DNA of 64,000 nt. Source: Nymphaea colorata (lineage: Eukaryota). The notes beneath the pieces were generated by a model. The model had not been told where the DNA came from. It ran no database searches and was given only the letters and a program-made list of their open reading frames with translations. A program made the position numbers and the translations under genes. The stretch's first letter is position 1, and each line of letters opens with the position of its first letter. The stretch lies in assembly GCF_008831285.2 (NCBI RefSeq), contig NC_045138.2:25978001-26042000 (forward strand), read 5' to 3'. Shown piece after piece: positions 24,372-38,515 of this stretch.

Positions 24372-27300
24372 ATGGCCGACTCATCCTTTTCCGCCCCCGT
24401 TCCTTCCGAACCGAGTGACAGCGACTCAGAAGACGGCGAGTACAACCCTCAAAGGACCACCAGACGACTCGTCACTAGGGCCAGTAGCGGAAGTACTAGG
24501 AGGAGCAACAGGAGGAGGAGGAGGAGGACCGCCAGTCCCGTCCCTCGCTCTCCTGATGTCGACGAGACGCAAGAGTTCGAGGAGGGAGGAGATCGCCAAC
24601 CCATCGTCAACGTCGAGAGCGAAAAAGATGAGGGAAAAGATGAAGGAGATCAAGGTCGCAACGGAGGGAAACCGAGCGTTGGCTTCGAGGACACGAGCAT
24701 GGATGATTTGGGTGTCTGCCGTTGCCCAATTTGCATGGAATACTGGTCGTCCACGGGCACTCATCGCGTCTGGTATCTACGACCGGCTGCGCTTCATTAT
24801 TGATTTTATTTGTTTCATCATTTTCCACATTATGCTAGTTTTTTTCTGAATTGTCACTTGCGTAACCATCCTCGCGGTTAATTACGAAATATAGAAATCA
24901 ATGCGGCGAGTTAGTTAGGTTCAAGATGTAAAAAGAAAGAAGAGAAAACGCTGGCATTCGATGGGGTTGTAACTTTCATGCCAAACACGCTGGAGCAATT
25001 CGAAATGATATTTGATCCTGGTCTTGTTAAGCATTCAGGTTGTCAGAAGTGTGTAAACTCTGAACCCGAATTTTGGGATGAAATCCATGTTAGAACGAAG
25101 CATCTCTGAACATGGCTTGACAAAAAAAATTGTCTCCAGGTTTTTATTTCTTCCCTTGATATAATGATACCAATTGACATTTCCTAATTGGCGGAACATT
25201 GCAATGGATATTGCATTACATTGTTTATATAGCTCCCCATTTTTGCCCGTCTTCAAGTTGCACGTGGAAGTGAATCATGATAGCCATGTCTTGGCGATAT
25301 ATGGTCGAAATCGTTATTGATTCTTTGAAGTTCACAAAGCGTTTACAATAATTATTTATTTTCACCAATGAAAATTAGTCTCTTCGAAATAATTCCATAA
25401 TTATATCCGGTTAAACATCAAGGTGTTCATGCTCTCACTAAGGCCCCGTTTGAAAGCCTTATCCAGGTCGCATAGAAAGAGTTATCCTGGAAGAATTATT
25501 CTTTAGTTTTGACATTCACAACTTTAGAGGATTCCATCCAAAAACTTGCATTTGCCGTGGCTCGTTCTGTCTCCTTGTTTAATAAAAAAGCAGTGAACGC
25601 TTATTAACTTTCAGTTTTGTCGCAAATATTCAGTTGCCTTCCCTGCGGTCACTTGTATGGAAGATCCTGCATCAACAGATGGATTGATCAGTGCGGAAGA
25701 AACAATAGCAGTGTACAGTTTCCTTACCTGTTTCCTGATGAAATTTCAACTTTTTTTTGAAAATTTCATTTCTTCTGTTCTTGTGGTTCATGCCTCCATA
25801 TTTACGTGACTTATCCAGTGTCCCCAGTGCAAGACAAAGTGCAAAGCACAAGATATTAGAAACCTATATGCACAGAAAATAGCAGCTGTTGATGAAGAGC
25901 TGCAGCAGGTACTGGTTTCATTGTTTATTTATTATAAGGTTAGCAGGTGTTCTGGTTTCACTCGAGCACTTTTTTCTTTTTGGCAGGAGGTCATATCACT
26001 TCGAGCTGAAAATGAAGTTCTGAAAGTAGAGGTAATCTTGCAATAAGTGATGGGTATTCTCAGTTTTTAATTGTTTGTTAATGGGATAGAGATTTATTTT
26101 ATTAAGTTCCTCCGATGGATAGATGTTTTTCTTACTCAGATTGTAGTATACGACTGCGTCATTAGGTTCCTAAGGAATTCATCCAAAGAACACCTCATTG
26201 TTTCCTTTGTATTGGTAGGACTGTTGACTTTCTAGAGATCAGTTGGCCTAATATGAAAAAGGTTGCCTTGCTCACATAAAATACAACATATAATCTAAGT
26301 ATTCGATCTGCTATAGAATGTTGACACATAGCTTGCAAACAGACTATCTAGATTTGTATTTTCATTGCACCACAACAAAAACAACACACAACAAAAAAAC
26401 ACCAAGCAAAAGAGACAAGCTTGAAAATCTAAGTTCATTTATTTGGCCTCTTTATCAGATTTCATCTGGTCTTGCAGTTATATCAACATATTTGTGCACT
26501 GGCATGTGAGAGCATGTACTAAGCTTGTGTACCTCTTGACTAAGTGTTGTCTGTATCTGTATCTGTTTGTGTTTTTTTTTGGAAGCTATATTGGGTTATG
26601 CTGAATTTGCTGTTTGATGGTTAACTTATTTAGTTACTTGACATTTATACTTTCAATGTGGAATCACTTTGCAGAAAAAGAAATTGCTGGAGGAAGTTTA
26701 TCAACTTAAGGTAAAAATATTCTTGCTAACTTTTATATAAATTATAAACCAAGTTGTGTGTGTCAAGTATTATAAACGGGGTCCTGTATCATACCTATTG
26801 TTTGCATGAAATGGATGATTTACTTTTTTGTTTATTTTCCCTGTTTGACATCTGAATGAAACATGGTGTTTCTAATTGATGTTATAGGTAGTAGGCACAT
26901 AGTAATTTGCTAGCAAGTTCTTCTTGTTAGCAAACTTTGTGGATATGCTACATTGTGCTCATACAATGGGCTGCTTTCTGCCATTATACCAAAACCATGG
27001 ATTGCACAGATACAATTAGGTTGGCAAATATGACAATATGTTGCTCAACTGAAAAATTTTGCTTATAAATGGAATTCTTAGCACATTTTTAGAACATCTT
27101 CAACTCCCTCTTATAGCTTGCTTAGATGGGAGGTGGTAACCTAAACGCCTAGGCTGAGGCACCCAAGCACGTCCAGACAAAAAATATGTTATTTTAAAAA
27201 TCCGTAACCCTCAAAATCCAATCTCTTTTGTTTGTTGCATCTTCTATTATACTGACTGAGGTAGAGTTTTTTCCAAAGCCCTCACTTTAACCCTTTTCCC

Positions 27301-30300
27301 TCTTTTTCTTTATCCCATTTTTATTTTTTTGTCTTTATTCTGTTGAATAGGATTGCATAGGCTCCGACTTGGCACCTCCAGTGCTTTGTACGGGGTCTGC
27401 TGCCTAGGCCCATGCAGTACATTTCACTGCATAGATTGTACCAATGTCATCATATATGTAAATCAATCTTTTAGCTGCAATAAAGCATGTCAATCTATTA
27501 TAGCTATTTTCATACAAAAGTTACCTGAAAAGGATGAGCACTGAAGAGCCTAATATTTCCTTTCAAGCCAAATGAACCATGTAAAGAGCAATACCACCTC
27601 CATATGAGCCTCTACATGTTTTAACAAGGATTGGCATTCCAAACAAACGGCTGGTGTATACAGTCATCATTTCAGTCTTTCTTGAGATATCTGGCTATGC
27701 ATGGATTAGCTACTCCTGAAGGTGCTGGCAGTTGAACGGTGAGACTGTTTTGCTCATCTTTATGCCACAGGTAGCACATGCAACATATGCTTCCAATTCT
27801 GCCTTCCTCCTATTCAAGGTTGACCTTTGCGTATATATTGTTCCATGACATTGACCACAAGGCTGAGAGGCCTGTAGGCAAACCGGAAGCAAAACCTTTT
27901 TCTAACCTCACATATTCAAGTACAGTTATCCTCTTGTCAGTAGGTCTAAGCCCTTCAATATTCTCAATTTCTCATAACTTCAGTCATTCCTTCAATTTGA
28001 TGTCAATTAAAGTTACAATTGTGAAAAATGCTTAGCCACCTTTTGGTGTCCAATAACTCTCTATAGTAGCAGAATGAGTTGCATAAACTTGTGATAAATG
28101 AATCAGGTCTTGGCTGTTGGAGCAGGCCCATCTTCCATTGTCAATCTTTAGCTTAAGGTGCAATCCCATGTACAATGACAATCTTTAGCATCAATTACGA
28201 TTTCATTGATTATCCTCTTGGGACATGTCTGAGAAATGCAGTTTTAGCCAATCTGACAATCAGTCCCCTTGTTTAATGACTCTTATACCATAAGCAGCAA
28301 ACGTGTGAAAAGATATGGGCGCACAAGTAGATTCTGAATCTGTAAGACAATTGGGTCTTTTACTTGTGCACAAGTAGTTATTTTTGTCTTGTTTCTCTTT
28401 ACACAATAACTTATTTTCTTGTGTGTATCTGACTTATCATTGCAGTTCTGTTGGGATGCTTTTCTCATGCTTGCTATGTGCTTCTAGCTTTACACTTATG
28501 TCCATATTTGGTGGATGCTTTTTTGTTGATTATTGAGATACCTTGTTCAATCATCTCCACCATATGCTGGCAAATCCTAGAGCAGCTACTTCAATAAATG
28601 CTGATGTTGCTCCTGTATGTTATAATTGTAAATTCCCATTGTATGTGACACACACTTCTGGTTTGTTGTCTGTATAATTGATGCATGCAGAACATTTCTA
28701 ATCCAAGCATAATATACTTGGAAGGAACAAAAAGGAAGCACATCTTATATACTTTGGAAGGACGTCAGATGCAAACTCATATTGGTAAACGTTTATTATG
28801 TATATTAGAAATTTGAATATTAAACTATGTTTTCTTTATCGTGTATGTTAGAAATTTGAATATTAAATTATGTTTTCTTTATATCTGTCGTTTGTCTACT
28901 AGTGAAAGCTAAATGTATACTAGTAGTCAAAGCTTTATCTTTTTTCCATGCATTATAGCTTAAGCTTAGTGTTTGGGTACATTACTATGATTTATTCGAG
29001 AAAGTTCACGTTTGAATGTTGTGAATCTTGTAATTGGCAATTCAGATAGAACACAAGTCTGTTGTTATACTGTAACGGGGGCCTTCCATGGGAAGAGAGC
29101 AACGGGTGCCTATTTGTTGTGGGATTTAGAAAAATAAGACAACTGCCTTTTTTTGGAGATAATCTTTGAGAAAAGGGTGAGTTAAATTGAATGGATGTAG
29201 AATTGGATGAAAAAAAATAAGGTGCAAGTGGACCAAAGAGAAAGCTTTCTTTTTAAGGCATCAGACCATAAAGGGCTGCCACATATGTTTGAACTTTGAA
29301 GAATATTACAGCATCTGCCTGTAATATATATTATTGCATGTTTGCATATACCACGTGGAATTAGTTCATGAATGTTTAGAATGCCAAAACAGTACAATTT
29401 AGGAGCTAAAAAGATATGATGAATAATAGAAAAGTATGAGACATTCAGGAGATATACAAATTCCTGGAAGAAGTTGGTTGGGGAAATCAGCCAGCTTTGT
29501 GAAAGGGACCTTTTATTAAAAATTAGAACTGAAATCAGTGAAAAGATTGATAAGAAATGCTAGAGGTAGTCTTGCTAGGGTTTCTCCATTTGGAAGCCTG
29601 AGATTTCCTTCAATCTTTTAGTAGTTTAATTGATGCACTCTTGTATAAATTCTGATATTCTGGTTAGTTTTGTCTAATGAAAGGGAATTCCTTCATTGCA
29701 GTCTGTAACACGTAATCGTCATTACCTTTGCAGACCAGTACTTTGGATCAGAAAACATCCAAAGGTCATTCGATGCTTCCAGTTGCCACTTCTTGTTGCA
29801 GGTGTGTTGGTGCTTAAAGTGGAACAGAAGTCCTAAAATGCAGTGGTTTCATTCTTTTTTTTTGTGTGTGTGTGTGTGTGTGTATTATTTGGTTTATTAA
29901 GTTGAATTGGTATTGATGCTTCAAGCAGATATTGTTCTTGCAGTTTCCCAGTGATTTAAATTTAGTGTTCTATCTTTTGCCCTTTTTTGGGCTATATGTT
30001 TGTGTGTCTGTCCATCTGTTTCTTTTCTTTTCTTTTTTATATGAGTGTCTCTTGGTGCTTAATATTTTCACACTTTGAACGCCCCTGAGAATAACATTGT
30101 GTTATCTTGGCTGTTGAGATTATGGGTTTCTCCTAAATATTAACATAGGCATGAACTAAATCCAGATTTCTATTAAATCTTAAGTCTGCTGTATTTAATA
30201 AAGATAAAGAACCCAAAAGTAAGGTCAAAAGCATGCATGTCTCATTGCATGTGATCACACAATGGAAATTCTTTCTGTTAGGCACTATAATGCTTTTGTT

Positions 30301-33300
30301 GCACATGTTGCACCTGCATTAGCATTCACTGTTCTTGGGATATGGATGACTGGCTTGCACATTTAACAAAAATGCATCTTGCCTATTCATGATACAATTG
30401 AATGTGTAGCATTATGTTTCAAATTCATGATACAATTGAATGTGTAGCATTATGTTTCAATCATAGTTGTACTGCAATTGTATATTTGTCAAACACTGTT
30501 TGCAGCTTAGCCGTTGTATTTCTTTGATATGTATTCATCATAATTTTTTATTTTTTTCCATATGTGGAATATATGTTGAGTTGTATTATTGTTTTCTGCT
30601 GTAGAATGAGTTGGTGCTGGATGGAGCAAGGGTTTTTGACATGGACGCCCACTGTCAAATGATGGTTGTTTCATCAAAGGCCTCTGTTGCTCGGGGGGAT
30701 CATATTCTTAAAAAGGTACTTTGTTGACTTTGGACCAGTGGTTTGCTTCATATGATCTCTTGTTACTCTTTAAGATTTTGATTTCCTCAAGTTAAGGGGC
30801 TTGTGCAATTTTTTGATGTTATGCTCTTTATGACAGCTAAGTCTGTTAGTTTCATCAGAGCAAGACCTTTTGCATCTTCCTGCAAACACCGGTGCTGTCA
30901 AAGATCTCCATATTTCTCCTCAATCAACTAACTTTCCTGGTAGACTCATACTCCTGGCTTCACTAGGGAAGAAACTTTCAGTTGTCAGGTAAAAGTCCTA
31001 TTGGGCCTATCTTTTTGTGGTTCTGCATGTTGAATTATTGCTGATGGCATCTACTTTTGTAGCTTGGAGAACAACAATGCTGTTGTAACATACAACTTAC
31101 AGGTAAATTATAAAACCTTTTATTTTAATGAAATGACATTGATAAATTGCACGAAAATGTACATATTATTTATTGGTCATTTGTCTTCTCGGTAGCTTCA
31201 ATTTCTTATCCATTTTGTTTTGTGATCCATTGAGACTGACATTTTTCACTTTTTTGGCAAAAAGCTTCCATTAACTCTTGAAGGGAAATTTGTATGCGCT
31301 AATTCTTAGTGTTTCTTTGTTTGTTACTAAGCAGCATTTAGTTTTTGGTTTAATGCTTCGCATTTGTCCTGGAAAGGGGGAAATAGTGAATATTTGGACA
31401 CTGTTATATAGGCTGGCTTGTCAATATAGGTGTAACAGGGACTTTCCTAAGGAGGTGTTTGATTGATTCAGATTTGAGATACATTGATTCGATGTGGATC
31501 TGATATAGCATGTTTTGCTGATATGGCAAAAGATTATTGGTAAAATCCATGTCTCATTAAACTAAAGATCGCAAGTCAGACCTAAGATCTGCACTTGAAA
31601 TCCTCACTTTACTTACCTTTTCACATTGAGAAAAGGACTAATTTTAAGGTCAGAGGAGGGTCTGGTCTTAAATCCATGGATCTCAAACTCTAGGTATCTT
31701 AGGCCAGGGGCAAGCAAATGCCCCTCTAAAAGGTGATCTAGGTTCCTGAACAATGTGGTTGTGAGACTAGTTTATCTTTGTTTTGCCTTGTGTTACTCAT
31801 CATGAATGAGAAAAAATTGCATGTTTCCTTTTGTATGAAGTAATATACATGAGTTTTTAGGGTTTCTGTATCACCTTCCACTTCTCATTGAGGATGGTAG
31901 CTAGATCAGGTTTGGAAAAGCTCGCACTTCTAAACTTCCTCCTTCAGCTTCATGTCCTTGTTGCTTTCATCTATGGTTTTTCTGAGCTCATTGGTACACC
32001 TGGAGAAGCTACAGAATTTGGTGCTAAAACCAAAAAAAATCTCATATAACTAGAATTCTTATTTCATCTAATTCCTTTTTTAATTTTGCAGTTTTTGTAG
32101 ATGTCTTCTCTCTGTTTCAATTTGAACCTTTTGTTATCTCATTCGCTGGTGAACATGATCCTTGGATAACAAACCTGTTTCTTTTGGTTCCTCCAGGCTC
32201 CTGCTTGGTCATGTGCATGGGATTTGAACGATTCTAATTATGTTTACGCTGGACTACAGGTTAATCCAAAAGCATTCTTTTATGCCATAAATAACAGCCT
32301 ATTAATAGATTGTGTTTCTGGTGGTTAGCTATGTTAATAATCTCTCTTTCTTTCTCTCTTCTTGCAGAATGGGCTGCTCCTGATTTTTGATTTGCGCCGG
32401 ACCATGCATCCTGTGCAAACAGTAGGTGGTCTATCTTCTCATCCAGTGCATACAGTCCATTCGATTGGTTCACAAGGGTTGTTTAGTGGAAACTCAGGGG
32501 ATAAGATGTTTCTCAGCGCTTCTGCTGTTGGTCCATGCATATGCAGTCCTGGCAATCTTGACAACTGGTATGTATGATGTCTTATTCATTGGCCATAGTA
32601 TACCATATGTCCTTTTGGAAAAGTTGATTCTTCTGCATTTGGATTTTGCTCACTCAATTTATGAATTGTTGTATGCATTTAGCTTAATTTGAGATGCTTG
32701 CAGCACATACTTGTAATATTTCTACAATTTAATCAAATTTTTTTTTGTTTCATGAATGTAAATTTATTTGATGCAACATGTAGCATTTTTGTCCCTCAAT
32801 GCAGATTCTAATGTATGTCATAATGATTTATGGAAACGAGAACACGACTTGGTTTGGACTTTTGAATTCTGAAAACTTTCACACTATAGGACATGCAGAC
32901 ACAAGTTTGTTTTGGAAAGTCTCATTGATAAAAAATATCTTATTAAATATTTTTTCATTAAAAATCATTACATAGTATTAGAAACTATAAAAGATTGTAA
33001 AAATATGTGCATCCAAGATACTATTGCTCTAGATAAAATAAGAACTCATTTGTGGAGCCCTAAATGGAAGCATCAAATTTTCAAGATAATTGTCTCAAAT
33101 AATGGGTCATTCACGCCATCTCTCCTGAAAAGTGAAAACTATGTCTCTGTATTATAGACTAGTATAAATGCATTTCTGTGATTAGTGATTACCCATCATG
33201 AAGAATATTTTTGTTGCAAAAACACATTTTTCATTTAAATAATAAAATACTTGCTTGAATGTTTCCAACCAAAAAATGGTTGACTAGTTACATTTTAAGC

Positions 33301-34865
33301 CATTCTTGTTTACGAGCATCTTCATATAGATATGTAAATTTCCTCACATTCTCTAAAAGCTTGTGTGAAACCTTTGAGTGTGTGTGTGTGTGTGTTGTTT
33401 ATTGGCATATCATACACAATTTTTCTGAAATGTTGATATTTGTTTCATGTGAAATCATACTTTTTAAACCTCAGGGTGCCAAGAGGTTGTGTGAGGTTGC
33501 AATGTCTCATCAATGTGGTGACTCACGCAGTTCTGTCAGAGCCCTTTTGATCTCATTTTCAATCATTGATTTCTTCAGAAAATGTTAATTAGTTATTACT
33601 TCTCGTCGTGATAATATTAGAGTTTGTGGCACATCATTGAAGACTAGACGCTGCTAGCGATTACAAGTGCATATAAAGTAAATGTTTAAATAGCTATACT
33701 TGGTGCAAATTACCTTGAGGGGATCCCGTTTGCAAAGATTATACTATAAAGGATTTCACTCGATATAAATAAATATTAGATAAATATGATTGAACTTGTC
33801 CTATTTAGTAGAAGACACGTATTGGATTATATTTTTGACATCCATATATATGCTTTTCCAAGTGGAAAATCACGGTCTCCTTCATCATGCAACAGTTCTC
33901 AACCCTGGTCCTTGCATTACAATATCACTCGATACCACAAGGACTCCAGGAGACAACTGTCAAGTGGAAAATCACAGTCATTGGAAAATCACAGTCATGG
34001 GAAGTAAGATTGTGAACAAAGTTTTTCACCTAATCTGGTTCAATTTACAATTTGTAAGATGTAAACAAAGGTTTTCACCTATTCTAATTCAACCTAAAAT
34101 ATGTTCCTGAGTAGACAAGCACTGAAAAACACATTTATCAGGCTCACGTTGGCCGATAAACATCTTTATCCTTTTTTTCCTTGCTTGGGTCTAAAATGGG
34201 GCCCAGCCAAAGAACTGCAGACAAACACAATCTGCCGATGTGAATTATTGGCTTTGGCACAGTATCAATTTTTTAGTATCCTAGTCCTAGCATAAAAATG
34301 GCCTCATTTGCTTTCTAGGTAGCATCAATTCAATCTGTGGTTTTTGATGGAGTTGATTTTTGTAAACTCTTTGTGCAGGTCAGGAGTTGTCCCTGGGTTG
34401 GAGGACCAGGGTGTATGTATATCACTTGCACATTGTAGCCTGAGCAATGACATTGTTGCTTCTTTTCGGCCAAAAATATCAGCCACAGATGAAGGGTTGA
34501 GTTCACAATCTTCTGCACCACCTTTAACCTCAATCTCCGAGCCTGTGAAATCTGGCCGCCATTTTCTAATCAAGAAAAACAATGCTGGTGTGTATTCTGT
34601 GGATGGGTGCTTCACTGGGAATGTCAGTGGTCTCCGTTTGCCCAAGTCGGCCATCATAGGTTTGGCTAATAACAAGTCACTATTCACTTACGGAGATGAA
34701 ACAAGATGTTGTTTGGGTGTATGGGACTTGCAACGCTTGAATTTTGTTTCGTTCCTTAGACCTCACCAGCAACCAATACTTGATGTAAAGTATGCCCGTT
34801 CCACTGGCGCTGGCTTACTTGGTTGTATAAGTGATAGCATGTTTCAGCTTTATACCTGCTATTGA
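24372..34865 (+). CDS. RFWD3: RING-finger/coiled-coil/WD40 E3 ubiquitin ligase, RFWD3-like, about 621 aa. Exons 24372-24772, 25634-25712, 25819-25908, 25987-26031, 26675-26710, 28691-28784, 29734-29801, 30605-30715, 30837-30988, 31063-31102, 32197-32259, 32368-32567, 34379-34865
   Basis: RING CPICMEYWSSTGTHRVCCLPCGHLYGRSCINRWI...CPQCK, coiled coil EELQQEVISLRAENEVLK, and WD-type segments APAWSCAWD...YVYAGLQNGLLLIFDLR and VWDL...PILDVKY. All GT-AG joins are in frame. Confidence 0.9.
27540..28300 (-). mobile_element. Decayed LINE 3' fragment (zf-RVT region) in an RFWD3 intron; boundaries approximate
   Basis: Minus-strand ..LNRRK...CATCG...TVS.FNC (Cys cluster) followed by WFIWLER, as in the C-terminus of plant L1 ORF2; frameshifted. 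Confidence 0.6.
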
Positions 34866-36360
34866 ATGTTAGTGGTTGTATAAGCCAGCATGCTGTGAAA
34901 CTGTATTTATGGTTCATGGTTAATTCCATTTTTTTCTCCTGATAACTGTGCCGCTAAAGCTTCTGATGATATGCTGTAATTCTGTGGATTCTTGCTTCAG
35001 ACATGAGTGTGTAGACAGATTTGGTTTGGGTTGAACCTTACCATATTGAAGACCACAGATCTGAAATGATATATTGAAGCGAGACTCAGGTTTGGAATCT
35101 GAAACGATTTAAAGTGTCGGTGAATGCAATCTGAAGATTTTGTGATATTCTCGAACCACCGTTGGTGGAAAGCAGGCAAAGAAAAGCACTCACATGTCGC
35201 TGAATTTTGAACTTTTGGTCGAGTAGTATTACATCTTAACTATATTTTCATCTTCTGAATAAGAGTTCGGCTTTTGTTAAGCTATCTGATTAGTCCATTT
35301 ACACCCCTAATTACACGAATAATGTCTATAGATGGGGATCTCTTTTTCAAATGCCATTCTGTTCTAATTTCTCTTCCATTTACACATTTGCCTTGGGATC
35401 TAATTGGGCTCTTTGTTTCCTCAATGTTGCAGATATTTGAAAGGATTTAAGGGTTGTTTCCCTCTTGGTTAATGCCGTATATGTCCTTGTTTTGGATTTG
35501 TGAAAATTGATGCTGTGAAAGTTGAATCCATTTTTATTTCCTTCAAAGGTTTGAGTGTTGTTCGAGACCATGTCCTTGCTATATTGGCTCCTAGGTTTTT
35601 CTTTTCCCCTCTGAGAGGATTGATGCCTACAAAAAGAGATGCCAGGAGTTTGCAGGCCCAAATATCATGCAATAGAGGAACCGTGCAGTTCGACATCTTA
35701 CAATTGCAGGTACTCTCTAGCTGCTTCATAAATCTGATACAGTAGTTTGATAACTGGTGATGTTTTTTAGTCAATTGCACCAAGCGCCCTACGATTTGGT
35801 CAAAGACTTGATATGGTAACCATCTTACGCGACGTGAAAACTCGCCACCCTTTACCCGTTCAACTTCTTCAGTGGGCATCCTTTACCCATTAGTTAGAGA
35901 AAAGGAGAATGAAGAGAGAATAAATCCATGCATAGCAAGCCAAGCAAAAGAGACATTGATAAGAAGCCTCTAAAGCACAGGAAATTTTATTCAGAACTTT
36001 TTAATCAAAAATAAGATAATCAAATAAACTTTCAAGTATTCGCTGCAAAATTTGCCTCCCAATTAAAGAGATATAGAAACAGATTAAAAGAATACCAAAA
36101 ACAAATAATTTACATTTGGACACAAGGCCATTGTTTCTCTTTTCCAAAGAGATTAGAAATTGCAAGCAATGCTCACTCCTATTCCGTCTGTCATGTAATA
36201 AATGGAAGGATATCAACTCCAAAATTTGCAATGTCTTAAGGGGGAGGTGATATTTCAGTGCAGGAGCGATCGCAGATTAACAACGCTAAATTCGGAGCTA
36301 TCTAACGCGAGATGCAAAAGGAAAGGCCAAGGTGCAAGACGATCTTAAGATCCATGTACT

Positions 36361-38515
36361 CTACATCTTCTGATTCTTGATGCAATGATTTTCATCCAAC
36401 ATAAGAGGATGACTTTTCGCCTTTAATCCTTTTCTGCGCCACAGGTCCAGTAAGTAGGTTTCTAGCTTCCTCACCTGAAAGAAAATCAAAAGACAAGCCA
36501 ATTCATGATTAACAATTTAAATGGCATCGAAGGGGTTTACATATTAAATACTGTAGACGGAAACTTAAGAAGCAGATTAACTAGAGCTCCACCTTGGGAG
36601 TACAAGTTCAATATTTATGTCTCCTTTATTGCAGTACAGCTTCAAATCAGATCGAAATCTTTAGCTCCTAGTTAACTCTTCCTCTCTTTGTTTATCAATT
36701 CTGATACCCCACATATTGAGCTTTTTTAAGCATAAATGCACACTATTTAACTTAACTAAAATATCACACTACTGCAAGAAAGAACTGCCTTCTAACATTT
36801 AATTTAACTTTATACTGTAGTTGCAAAAGGTAATCTCTTATGGGTGAATCAGTTGAATATTTTGCCAGGACAATTAATCTAATAATAAATCCTTATTGCA
36901 ATTCCTACATTAAAAATATCATGCATGATTCACTACATAAGACGTACAATCTAAAAAGACTAGTTCTTAAACAGATTTGTGCCATTAATCAAGGCTGAAA
37001 ATTTAAGACTGAAATCTATTGAACATATTGTTCAAATATAAAAATGGGAGCTGAAACTAAACAAACAAGCAGTAACCTAGAATATAAATGTAGCAAATCG
37101 AGTTCCGACACACCTGCTTGACAGCCAAAGGTTCTTCAGTTGAATTTAATGGTTCCGTTAAGATGGTTAAAAAACCATTTCGGTTTCCGTACACAATGTC
37201 CGTCAAAACACGGTCACCGACCTGTATAATAAAATTGTACGCTAAGAACTTAGGATAAAATCAAATAAATTATCAGGGCTTCTATACTTTCTTACCATGA
37301 CAAGGAAGGACGCACTATACCCAAAGTGCTTCTCTATATCATCGGCTGAACCTGCAGGCTTTTTACTTCCTGTTAATGAAAAAACATACTGCTTTTCAGA
37401 AGAAAGGATACGGATGAAGACATTTAAAATTCATCTCCATATCGAAATGCACCTCAAGCATGCAGGATTAAAATTCGTCTCCATATTGAAATGCTACGGT
37501 ACAACATAAAACAAGACCGCGACATTTTTGCAGTGTAAATGACAGAAGCCTTTTTCAACGTCTTGATATGTTATTCTTCATTAAATTGAGTTACACCGTC
37601 CCTATGCCTAATGACATATATAAGCAATAACAATAAAGAGAGAAGGCGGCAACAAGATCCAAGAGAATGAAGATTTAGGTGTTGGATAAGAGTTTCTGCA
37701 ACTGCAAACGGCGCTCATTAAAGACAATCGGACCAGTTCTTAATGCTTCTACCAGGAGAAAAGATCAAATAAATATACTAGCGAAAAAGAACGCAGAAAA
37801 TAATAGATGGGTAGCCCAAAAAAGAAAATACTTGCCATGCCTTATTACATTAATTCCGACCGATTTCTCCAGTGATTCTGCTTTTGAACCGTCGGGATCA
37901 TACTGATAGAGACCTACTCCACCACAAAACATTTAAATAGAAAGGGAAATTACAATCAGATATAGATATAAGAACAAACTTCCGTTGAAATTCGACGGCA
38001 CCTGCTGAATTGCTCAATATGGCAACGTTCCCTTGAAAAACCAACTTGCAGTCATCGAGAGAATTGGATAGAGAAGGCCAGAGGAAGTTGGAATAAGGGG
38101 CGGTCAGGGTATTGTCCTTGTCGAATACGACCCCTTTGAATCCCCGTCTCTTGAGATCCCTCCAGTCGATGGAGCGGACGTCGCGGACAGAGAGGTGTGG
38201 GAGAGCAAGGTGGTGGTCGCGGAGGAAGACCGAGACGGAGGAAGCGATACCCGCGGAATTGAAGCTCTGACCCAACTTCCCCAACATCAAGGCCGCTTTA
38301 CTCCGGTCCTTGACGATGGGCGTCCAGGGACCGTGGTGACAGCTCGGTGGCGGTCTGCGGCTGTTCTGTTGCAGCCGGAAAGAGCGAGGAAGAAGAAGAG
38401 AGGAGAAGGAGGAGGGAAAGGTGGAACTGGAAGTGGAAGTGGAAGGAAGAGAGGAAAGCGGAGAGACGACACTGGATCTAAAGGCAAGCATAAATGGAGT
38501 TGACGATTGTACCAT
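36361..38515 (-). CDS. PGPP1: HAD-superfamily IIIA phosphatidylglycerophosphate phosphatase (YqeG/Gep4-like) with a Ser-rich transit peptide, about 295 aa. Exons 38002-38515, 37836-37913, 37296-37369, 37114-37221, 36361-36474; intron 37370-37835 is GC-AG
   Basis: HAD motif I VVFDKDNTLT, then ILSNSAG, VIRH|GSKKPAG and VM|VGDRVLTDIVYGNRNGFLTILTEP; the frame closes to a TAG at 36361. Confidence 0.88.

Noticed and set aside
35469..35879. 136-aa minus-strand ORF between the convergent RFWD3 and PGPP1 genes
   Set aside because: No recognisable motif or promoter; probably 3'UTR or intergenic. A 3'UTR intron (36176-35881) is possible but its AAG acceptor is weak
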